Below are positions 42,542-52,232 of a DNA stretch of 64,000 bases, piece after piece. Source of the DNA: Caecitellus pseudoparvulus. Lineage: Eukaryota; Protista; Bigyra: Bicosoecida. Both the position numbers and the translations under genes were made by a program. Numbering within the stretch: the stretch's first letter is position 1; each line of letters begins with the position of its first letter. Where the stretch lies: positions 434,001-498,000 of the forward strand of contig CBFFRQ010000089.1 in assembly GCA_965644315.1 (NCBI GenBank). The letters are read 5' to 3'. Under the pieces are notes generated by a model. That model had not been told where the DNA came from, did not search any database, and worked only from the letters and a program-made list of their open reading frames with translations.

Positions 42542-42791
42542 ACTGACCTGCGGGAACGAATTCACGGAGTGCACAAGTGCTTCCTAAAGCTTGCGAGAGG
42601 TTGCCTTCCTGACTGATGACCTGGGGTCGTCTGGCTCCTGTATATTCTCGATTTCGAGGCGCAACACACGGGAATGACAAAAAAACACTGACCAATAGTA
42701 CTGTTTGCAGCTAGGCACAAGTTGCACCCCCTGGGATCGTGCACCGTCTCCGCCCTGCTCCAATCCCACCCTCGCCAGGTTTGCCGTGGGC

Positions 42792-43570
42792 ATGGCGGCC
42801 AGCGCAACCCAGGCCAGCAGCCTGGCCCGCACACGCCTCACCAAGGAGCGCAAGGAGTGGAGGAAGGAACACCCCCCCGGGTTCTACGCTCGCCCAGAAC
42901 GGAAAGCGGACGGCTCAACTGACATCCTCTCGTGGACGGCGGGAATCCCCGGCAAAGCTGGCGTGAGGCACAGCGAAGCGAGACTGCACTGCTTGCCCAT
43001 GCAGCGCCGCGCCCTCACGCCACTGTCCACAGACGCCCTGGGAGGGCGGCGTTTACAAGCTTTCCATGCAGTTCCCACCCGACTACCCGTCCAAGCCACC
43101 GAAGTGTACGTGTGCGGGCGCGGCTTGCGACAGCAGAGTTTCAGGCCGAAACGCTGTCCTCCCGTCGCTGCGCAATCGTGCAGGTCAGTTCACGCCACCG
43201 CTCTTCCACCCAAATGTGTACCCTAGTGGGACTGTGTGTTTGAGCATCTTGAACGAGGAGCACGGATGGAAGCCCACGTTGACCTTCAAATCGGTGCGTG
43301 GTAGCGGCGCTGGCCGGTAGGCTTCGCTGCTCACCTCTCAAGATCTGGGCTGTGGTGCAGGTGCTGGAGAACATCCAGAATCTGCTGGACGACCACAACC
43401 TAGACGACCCCGCACACAGGGAGGCGTTCAAGATGGCAAGGTGCGTGCCAGGCCCCGGCCCCGAAACACTGCAGTGTACACGTCAGCCTCCCCACGCCCC
43501 GCTCAGAGACGCGCCGGCTGAGTACGCGAAGAAGGCCCGGGAGCAGGCGGAGACATTCGCGCCACGGTGA
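42792..43570 (+). CDS. UBC9: SUMO-conjugating enzyme E2 (Ubc9); 5 exons
   Basis: Introns 42963-43032, 43106-43183, 43294-43360, 43441-43506. [17 protein letters not shown]; [16 protein letters not shown]; [16 protein letters not shown]. Confidence 0.92.
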
Positions 43571-43815
43571 GGGCACGTGGAGCAAGGGACCATGCGAGGG
43601 GTGCAGCTATGCGCACTGCCCTGTGCGAGCGAAGTGCTGGAGGCAGCAGTGAACGGCCGCCCACGCCGCGAGACCCCCCTAGCGTGGAAGGAAGATGGCT
43701 GGCAGTGCGGAGAAGTCACCACAATTGCATTCATCGTCGCCCTCTGCCACCTGCCACCCTTCCGTGTGCCCCGTGCTCACCCGACCCTGTGTCACGCCTC
43801 ACCATCACCACCACC

Positions 43816-45022
43816 ATGGCTCTCGCTCGCGCTGCTGCTCGCGCCATGAGCACCGCTGCAGGTGCCGCTGGCAAGAAGGTGTCTGTGTTGGGCGCCGCAG
43901 GCGGCATCGGGCAGCCCCTGTCCCTGCTGCTGAAGGAGCACGCCTTGGTGTCTGACCTGTCCCTGTTCGACATCGTCAACACGCCTGGCGTGGCAGCTGA
44001 CCTGAGCCACATCAACACTGGCGCCAAGGTGCGTGCAGCAGCTGCGCGGAATGCGCGCCTCTGCGCTCAAGGAAGGCCCTGTGCCACGCTTACCCACGCT
44101 GCTGCGCTGTGGGCGGCGGTGTGGCCTGTGCGCGTCGTGTCCACGTATTGCGCGCCGCCTGCCAGATTCCGCTCCCGCGCCGCCCGCTTCACTTGCCGTC
44201 ACGGCTGCCACCACGGCTGCTGCCGCCCTCTCCCTTCCGCAGGTGACTGGCCACGTCGGTGCTGACAGCCTGGGCGATGCTCTGGCAGGCAGCGACGTCG
44301 TCGTCATCCCCGCTGGCGTGCCACGCAAGCCCGGCATGACGCGTGATGACCTCTTCAACACCAACGCCTCCATCGTACAGTCCCTGGCTGAGGGCTGCGC
44401 CAAGCACTGCCCCGAGGCGCACGTGCTGGTCATCGCCAACCCCGTCAACTCCACCGTCCCCATCGTGGCTGAGACAATGAAGGCCGCTGGCGTGTACAAC
44501 CCCGCCAAGCTGTTCGGCGTGACCACCCTGGATGTCTGCCGCGCCAACACGTTCGTGGCGGAGAGCCAGGGCTGGAGCCCCGTGGACACGGACGTCACTG
44601 TGGTGGGCGGCCACGCCGGCACCACCATCCTGCCCCTTCTGTCCCAGGTGGAGGGCGCTTCCTTCACCCAGGAGCAGATTGAGGCCCTGTCCCACCGCAT
44701 CCAGTTCGGCGGGGACGAGGTTGTCAAGGCCAAGGACGGCGCCGGGTCCGCGACGCTGTCCATGGCGTACGCGGGTGCCCGCTTCACCTTCTCCCTCCTG
44801 CGCGCCCTGACCGGCGAGCAGGGCGTGTCGGAGTGCGCCTTCGTGGAGAGCAGCGTGACGGAGGCACCCTTCTTCGCCTCCCGCATCGCCCTGGGCACGG
44901 AGGGCGTTGCCAGCGTGGGGGACCTGGGCAAGCTCTCGGACTTCGAGCAGGCAGGCCTGAAGGAGGCCCTGCCCCAGCTCATCGCTTCCTACGAGAAGGG
45001 TGTGCAGTTCGTGAAGAAGTGA
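43816..45022 (+). CDS. MDH2: Mitochondrial malate dehydrogenase; 2 exons
   Basis: Presequence [15 protein letters not shown]; [17 protein letters not shown]; intron 44029-44242; [20 protein letters not shown]; VVGGHAG; [11 protein letters not shown]. Confidence 0.96.
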
Positions 45023-45130
45023 GCAGAGTGCCGCACCCTCCACAATGCAAACCCCACTGCAAGCTGTCGGCAGTGCGCTCCACGACAACGCCACCCTGCG
45101 TCTCACATACACACCCCAAGCACGCGCACC

Positions 45131-45700
45131 ATGGCAGCGCTGGCCTGCCGTGCTGCTGCGCTGTGCACCGTGGCGCTGCGCCAGGCTGGCACGGCGCCTT
45201 GGCGAGGAGCGATTTCCGCAGTGCCCGCTGCCACCTTGGCTTCACGTGCCCACCGCTCCAAGCGCAAGGTAAAAGCCGACTCCAGCGGGTACATGAAGCA
45301 CCCTCCTGCCGACGCGCCGATGCTGAAGACGGTTCTGCGGCAGTTCCAGAAGAAGATCCACCCCGACCTGTTTGGGCAGTACCCTGACCTGCAGGAGAAG
45401 AACAGCGACAACTTCCAGACGCTCATGGGTGTGCTGAACGACGCCAAGAGCGGGGACAAGGACGACTACATGCAGCTGCAGCGGCACGACCTGGAGTTCT
45501 ACGTGCGCACGGGCGAGGAGGGGCAGTTCTTGCGCGTGCCCATGGTGTTGGAGGTGAAGGGCAGCCAGAGCAAGCATGTCATTGGTCGGGCGCTGTCCAA
45601 GGCGTTCGCCCACGCCGGCTTGCCCACGGCCTGGCACTGGGGCAAGGAGTACTGGAACCACCGCGTGTTCCTGCGGGAGAGCAAGGACGAGGAGGAGTGA
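45131..45700 (+). CDS. DUF4460/TCAIM-like mitochondrial protein with J-domain-like HPD motif
   Basis: Arg/Ala-rich N-terminus followed by LRQFQKKIHPDLFGQYPDLQEKNSDNFQTL. Confidence 0.72.
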   Translation: MAALACRAAALCTVALRQAGTAPWRGAISAVPAATLASRAHRSKRKVKADSSGYMKHPPADAPMLKTVLRQFQKKIHPDLFGQYPDLQEKNSDNFQTLMGVLNDAKSGDKDDYMQLQRHDLEFYVRTGEEGQFLRVPMVLEVKGSQSKHVIGRALSKAFAHAGLPTAWHWGKEYWNHRVFLRESKDEEE

Positions 45701-45704
45701 GGCG

Positions 45705-47335
45705 TCACCCCCCCTTCACCTTGGCCGCTTGCTCGGCCGCGTCGGGGGGGGGTGCGTCTGCCGCCGCCCCCTGTGGCGTCGGGTACGCCCCCTCCAACTG
45801 CGCATCACCCCCCTCTCCAGCTGGAGCGCTGGCCGGGAAGACTGTGCCAGCCGCCACCCCTGCCCGTGCAGGGGTCTGCTCCGCCGCTCCAGAGCCATCC
45901 GTAGCGGTGTGTGGCAGGGCGGATGCGGCAGCCTCCCCTTCCCCCTCCTCCTCCTCACCCTCCCCCAGCAAGTCTCCTGGTGCACCACACAGGGCCTCCC
46001 GCTGCGCCTCCACCTCCTCAATGCGCTCCAGCTCAGTGGCCCAGGCGTCAGGCAGGTTGCCAGCGGTTCGCAGTTGGCGCAGGTGGTTCGTGAGGGCCCA
46101 CCGGCGGCGGCCATACAGGGCCTGGGGCGGCAGGGTGGCCAGGTCTTCCGTCCGGTCGTGGGTCACGGTGTTGTAGAAGTACACGCTGCCGTCAATCCAT
46201 GTGTGTTCCCGCCACTCGCCCAGGAACTGCTCTCGCTGGCGGTGCAGGCGCTGCTCCCGTGTCTCGCCCAGGGCGGGGGACCACGTGATCCACCCCCGGT
46301 ACACATCCTGGGCGGGCTGCGTGAAGACGTTCCACACCTCCGCCCGCACCCAGTCCGCCAGCAGGAGGACGACTCGGGAGTCCACGGAGGGGCGTGCCTG
46401 GAACACAGACCGGAACAGGGCCCCTGCCAGCTCCATGTTGTCGTCGTCCACGACGGCCAGCGCGGCGTCATACTCGAACATGTCCATGAACGTGCTTTTC
46501 TGGACCAGGTCCATCTGCCGGTTGAAAGAGACGTCGGAGTTGCGCGCAGAGCGGATGCGCCACTCGGTGTCACGCCAGAACTCCTCGAACAGCAACTTGT
46601 CGGCTTGGCGCCCGCAGAACTCGCCCTCCGCGTGGAAATCCAGCATGTGCCGGCGGTGGATGATCCACACGTGAAGTGCGATGAGGGAGTGCTCTGACAG
46701 CCACGTGCGGGGGATACCCAGCGCCTCGAACCACGCATCCTGCGTCGCCTGCTCTTCAATGCTGCGGAACACCGTGGCAGCATTCTCACCCATCACCGCT
46801 GGCTTGCTGTGTGGAAAGGGGGGCAGGAAGGAATGCGGGTTCGAAACGTGGGCGAAACGCACGCCGCCCTGCTCGCCCCGTACGCCTGTGAACGTACCTG
46901 TACGCCCCAATGGCTTTCAACAGGGGGTAGATCAGCTGTTCCTTCCGCTTCATGGGCAACTGCAGGGTGGTGGCGGCGTGTGGTGGCATTGCTGTGGCAC
47001 CTGCCACGTCAGGCTCCACGTACTGGCTTGTACAGCGGCTCTCGCTGCAGTGGAATGTTGTCTCTGATCTTGGCCAACTCCTCCTTCGTGAACCGGCGGT
47101 CGAAAATGGGTTGCAAGCCGCCTACACCCTCCTCCTCCTCCTCCTCCTCCGTTCGCTCCATTTCAGCCAGCGCATCCACAGGCTCTGACGCCGCACTGCC
47201 TGGAGCTCGCGTCGTGCCCGCGCCTGGCGCGCTGTTTGCCGCCGCACAGAACGGCCGCAGCAGGGCAGGCCCTGCGCAGCGCACAGTCGTCAGGGCTCGC
47301 AGCAGAGCCTGCCTGCTCGCCTGCACTGCCGCCAT
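45705..47335 (-). CDS. CBP3: Ubiquinol-cytochrome c reductase assembly chaperone Cbp3/UQCC1 with a WW-like C-terminal segment; 3 exons
   Basis: Presequence MAAVQASRQALLRALTT. Introns 47023-46960 and 46897-46807. HSLIALHVWIIHRR; LFEEFWRD; YDAAL..ELAGALFRSVF. Confidence 0.82.
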
Positions 47336-47993
47336 TCTGTCCACGCGCTGTCAAAGCCAGCTCACCGACGCTCGGCCCACCTCCGTCGAGCACAAGTCAG
47401 CGATGGAGCGTCCACCAGCGGACACTAGGGTCAAACGGCGCAATGCAGGAAGCCAGTCGGCGTGGCAGCTTGTGTGCACAGCAGGGGTACCGTGGCGCGG
47501 CGTGTTTTGCTCGGCGACTTTGAGTGCGTGCCAGCGTAGCCAGCGCCAGCGCCGCTGCCATACCTGCGCAGGCGGCACGCCATGGCCACACACGCTGCCG
47601 CCACCTGCACAACAGACAAGCGCGCAATGGCACATTCCCCTCTCACACCTTCCTGCGCTACCTCAGGCTTGCCATAAGCCCTCGCCAGCCCCAGGCAGCG
47701 TCAGCTCGGTGGGTGCGAGTTGCCGCCAGTGGGTGCAACACCCCACGCTGCCGACAGGCTGCGTCGGTGACGCCGAGCAGTGGCGGCAGACCGTCAAGCT
47801 CACCCGCACACACGTCAAGCCACGCATTTGAGTGCAACGCTGTACGTGGCAGCCCAACATGGCGCGCAAGCCCCTCTCTGGCTTCGTAGGCTGTGCTGCG
47901 CGGCCAGCCGCAGTGCTGGTGCAGGCGTCGACCCCGCCACTAGTCTGACCGCCACCCGCTGCACGCCGTCAGCGCCTGGCCTCGCAGTGAAAC

Positions 47994-49609
47994 ATGGCTG
48001 ACCAGTGGAAGGAAGTCCAGGATGCCTCAGGCCGCCCGTATTACTGGAACACGACCACAAACGTACGCAGACAGCTTGGGTTGCAACGCGAGACAGGGTC
48101 GCTTGCGGCCTTTCTCCTTCGTGCTTCACCTGGAACTGCGTTGCTCGCACGGCACGCCGCGGGCGCACCTGGCACCCGTCTTCGCGCGCACAGGAGACCA
48201 CATACGACAAGCCCGCCGTGCTAGGTGGCGGTGCAGGCGCCGATGCTAGTGCAGGCGATGCTGCCGTGTGGAAGGAGCTTGCTGATGGCAACGGCAAGCC
48301 GTACTACTGGAATACCGTCACCAACGTACGAAGTCGCCGCATCGCTGATGGCTGAGGTTTGTCCTGACACACATGCCTCCTCTCTACCACTTTCAGGAAA
48401 CTACATACACGAAGCCGGCAGCTCTAGGAGGCGCTGCGACAGCAGCAGGTTCCGCCACGAGCAGCGCGGCGGAGTGGAAAGAAGTGCAGGATGCCAACGG
48501 CAAGCCATACTACTGGAACACCGTGACCAACGTGAGTGGTATTTCCTTATCATTTTACTCGCACCCGCTTGCACCCACCTTGCCTCCGAGCGCAGGAGAC
48601 AACGTACACCAAGCCGGCGGCGTTATCTGGTGGTGGCGCCGCTGCAACGCCTGCAACATCCTTAGCAGACTGGAAGGAAGTGCAGGACGCCAACGGCAAG
48701 CCATACTACTGGAACACCGTCACGAATGTAAGACTTGAGCTGTGCATGGCACGCCCAGGCCTGGCGCGTCCCGGCACACAGTTCATCATGCCTTCACCTC
48801 TCGCTGCCCTGCAGGAGACAACATACACCAAGCCTGCAGGCTTCGGGGAGCCCGCCGCAGACGCCAAGTCCGAGCCAGCTGCCAAGGCTGCCGCCGCTGC
48901 TACCAGTGCTTCCCCTGCCGGCGGTGAAGGCAAGCCTGAAGAAGCCAAATCTCCAGCCCCCGCACCTGCGCCTGCACCAGCTCCAACGCCAGCCCCTGCT
49001 CCAGCTCCTGCTCCAACACCAGCTCCAGCTCCAGCTCCAGCTCCAGCTCCTGCGCCCTCACCAGCCCCGGCCGCTGCCGCCGCCGCAGGCGCAGGTGCGA
49101 GCACAGGCTCGGCGAAGCGAGCGCACCCACCGCCCTTCCCCAAGCAGCAGTACCTGACCGAGGTGGAGAAGGGGGGTGCCGAGTTCGGCGAGGCGGAGCT
49201 GTGCGCCTTCATGGACCACTTCTGGAGCATCGACCGGGACGGGGAGGGCTTCATCCACCTGGACAACATGCGCGCCTTCGCCATCCGGGAAGACTACCAG
49301 ATGAGCGAGGAGCAGCTCCTGGACCTCATCGACGACAAGGACGCCAACCAGGACGGGCGCGTCAGCGTGCGGGAGTTCGTGGCCGCCACACACCGCCCCA
49401 TGCCCTTCCACCAGCCGTGGCTGTACCAGTACCTGTACACGAACCTGGTGGAGGATGAGGCAGAGGGCATGAGCCTGAGTACATTCAAGGTGCTGCTGGA
49501 GACCCTGGAGATGGCCTTCACGGATGACGACATCGAGGCGTGGACGGAAGGACGCAAAGTGCCGCTGTCTGTGAAAGACGTCGTGTCCATCTTCCTGCCA
49601 GGCAAGTAG
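47994..49609 (+). CDS. Four WW domains + Pro/Ala linker + EF-hand protein; 5 exons
   Basis: Exons 47994-48062, 48194-48325, 48397-48531, 48596-48727, 48815-49609. Four copies of WKEVQD..G(K/R)PYYWNT.TN|ETTY.KP. EF loops DRDGEGFIHLDN and DANQDGRVSVRE. Confidence 0.88.
48950..49070 (+). repeat. Coding (Pro-Ala)n repeat, (ccagct)n-like
   Basis: cagctccagctccagct.. encodes SPAPAPAPAPAPTPAPAPAPAPTPAPAPAP. Confidence 0.9.
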
Positions 49610-49795
49610 CCCCCCCTCCCCCCCCCCCCTGTCTTGGCACCTGCCGCCTCCACCACTGCCTTTGGCCGTGCACGCACTCCCCACCACATGGCTAGGCGCC
49701 TTGACACGTTCGCTGTCCGCCACATCGTTCGTGAGGCGTCTCTGTATCTGTGTGAGTGTCAGTGGTCAGTTGGCAGCAATGCAAACTGCTTGTGC

Positions 49796-50839
49796 TCACC
49801 TGGCCGCCCGCCGCCCCTTGCGTGCGCGCTTGGGCGGCGCAGGCAGCGCGTCGGGCACATCCTGCAAGTCCACACCGTGCCGGGCGGCTAGAGCAGCCAG
49901 GATACCGCCACCACCACCACCGCCGCCGCCTCGCCCACGGATGGCGGCCACGAGAGCTGCATCTGGGTCATCTCCGCCGCCGCCGCGCTTGCCCTTGCGT
50001 TGCTTCTTGGCTGCGGCACGCTGGCCTGAGGCGGTCAGCTTCTTCGCCCGGGCCGCCATGAGGCGGACGACCTCTGCCTCTGGCAGGCCCTGCGCGTAGT
50101 GCGGCGTTTGCTGCTGCACTTCACCTGCCTTCACAGCTGCCTGCGTCAAATCGAAGAACCGCTCGGCGTCAGCGTTACTGGACAGCATGATGTGCTCCAG
50201 CATGGCCTTCATGTCTCCTTCATGCTGCACAAATGCTGGAGTGTGCGCGCGGGGAGGGGGGGGTCCACAGTGCAGGGTGCAGTGCGGGCGCTGCCCGTGG
50301 GCATTTGCTGCGTTGCTCACCTCGCAGAACATCCTGGCGCTCCTCCTCTGACCCGCGGTACTCGTCAGCAAAAGCGTCAATCTTGGTCACGGTGACTTTC
50401 GGAAAGAGGCTGCGCCAGTACTCTGACCAAGCAGCCAAATCCTGCGCAGACTCGGCATCTTCGACGCTGCCTGACGCGTCGAACTGCGCACGCTTCTTCG
50501 AATCACTGAGGATGCTGTGGGACAGGGACAGCGCCTGGAACTTGGCAGTCGCAGAGGGGTGCTTGTTCTTGTCAGGGTGCTGGGCATTGGGGGGGGGGTG
50601 ACACGTGAAGCAGGGCGGCCTCCGTGGGCGCCTCCAGGGGCACGCCAGCAATTGCATCGGCTCACGTATTTCAAGCTGCGCTTGCGGTAAGCGCGGGTGA
50701 TTGCCTTGTTGTCAGCGTCTCGGGGCACGCCTAGGATCTCGTAGACATCCACAGTGCCAAAGGCCCCCATGAGCAGCTGCGTGTACTGGCCCTCCCCACC
50801 TGCATCGCTGTCGGAATCAGAGGCATGCCCTGCTGCCAT
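49796..50839 (-). CDS. DnaJ co-chaperone, DNAJC9-like; 3 exons
   Basis: Introns 50665-50580 and 50320-50236. DVYEILGV..YRKRSLKYHPDKN..KFQAL..ILSDSKKRAQFD; YWRSLFPKVT..YRGSEEERQDVL..GDM. Confidence 0.88.
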
Positions 50840-51080
50840 GCTGCGGGGCGTCGTTTGAAACGAGCGTGAAACGCGAGCAAATTGGTGAGCTCCCGGCCGG
50901 CTCAAGTCCAGGGGGTAGGGGCCTCGGGCAATTTGCTCATGCACTTAAATTTACACAGTTCTCGTTTTGTACATTGTGCTGCATTGCTCTTAGGCTTTGG
51001 CACTCTGCCGAGGCACCCCAAAGCGCGCAGTGGGGCATCCACGCTGCCCAGCACCGGGCGAGAAGCTTCACGCACGGGGC

Positions 51081-51878
51081 ATGGCTGCGCAGGAGGGCAC
51101 GCCCCATGTGGAGACAGCATCAACAATCTCTCCCCCGCCACCCCTATCGGATGCGGCTGTCGCTGACACGGTCACCTTCCTGCGCGCGTTGGAGCTGCCC
51201 GTTGGCTCGCAGGTGGCAGCGCTCGTGCGCGTGAGGCGCAAGTACGGCGCAGCCACGAACACAAGCAAGGCCAAGACCCTGATCAAGACAGACGATGTGC
51301 GTCTGGCAGCCCGCCAGCTGCACGCCATGCTGTGGGCAGCCAGCGAGGGTGTGGAGAGTGCCAGTGTACTGTACGTCACGCCCGCTCCCCGGGCAGTGGA
51401 CAGGGCAGCCAAGGCGGTGGCCAAGGCGGCCATCGACAGCCCCTCTGTGTACAGCGCCTTCCCGTCAAAGTTGCTGAGTGAGGCAATGAGCCCTGCCTGC
51501 ACGGCCAAGGCTGGGCGCGTGTCGGACATTGACGTGGACTGGCCAGCCTGCATTCCAGACGTGTTCCAGCTGGTGCAGGAGTTGGGCCTGCCCCTGGTCG
51601 GGGTGGTGAGCACGCGTGGAGGTGTGCACTTGCTGTACAGGCCTCGAGATTACCCCGCGTCAGACACACACACCAAGCTGGTGGCAGGTCTTCAGGCGGT
51701 GGATGCCAAGCACGAAGCTGCAGCCACCGCAGCGGGCGTCGGGGCCCCCACTTCATTGAAGGCTGACAGGTTCTCACCAGTGCCAGGCACTCTGCAGGGC
51801 GGCCATTACGTGACGTTTTTTCCAGGCCCAGACCTACCCGCCTTGGCGAGTGTGAGGCAAGCCGGGGGCGACGCCTGA
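51081..51878 (+). CDS. Intronless hypothetical protein with AEP-superfamily (primase-polymerase)-like motifs
   Basis: In order: RRKY, LYVTPAPR, DIDVD (DxD), STRGGVHLLY (T..G.H), D..SPVPGTLQ. Confidence 0.6.
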   Translation: MAAQEGTPHVETASTISPPPPLSDAAVADTVTFLRALELPVGSQVAALVRVRRKYGAATNTSKAKTLIKTDDVRLAARQLHAMLWAASEGVESASVLYVTPAPRAVDRAAKAVAKAAIDSPSVYSAFPSKLLSEAMSPACTAKAGRVSDIDVDWPACIPDVFQLVQELGLPLVGVVSTRGGVHLLYRPRDYPASDTHTKLVAGLQAVDAKHEAAATAAGVGAPTSLKADRFSPVPGTLQGGHYVTFFPGPDLPALASVRQAGGDA

Positions 51879-52232
51879 ATCCCAGCGCAGGCTGGCACAG
51901 GTCAAAGGGGACGGAAAGCACGCAAAGGAGCGTGGTGTTCATGCAACATACTTCAACGCAATTCTTCCCGGCGTGAGAGACGTGGTGCACACGCAGGGCT
52001 CGACCCTGCACCTGCATCAGCCTTGGCGGGCGGTGCGGGAAAAGCCAGCGCAGGCCATCACGACAGAACTGGGGCACGCTCCCACCTCAGGCAAAATGAC
52101 CCCGTCACCCAACTAAATGCATCAATGCATGCACTGTGTTTGCATGCATCTGGCAGGTGATCGCCTGTTCGCTCGATTTTCCACGGCGTTTGCGTGGGAT
52201 TGGGCGCAACGACCGACCCTGCAACTTCGACC

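Noticed and set aside
47994-48830. Regularly spaced repeats with unique spacers (CRISPR-like appearance)
   Set aside because: The repeats are WW-coding exon parts and the spacers are GT-AG introns and linkers.
49610-49629. C/G homopolymer runs here and throughout (G-quadruplex candidates)
   Set aside because: Ubiquitous in this window, mostly Gly/Pro codons; no specific positional signal.
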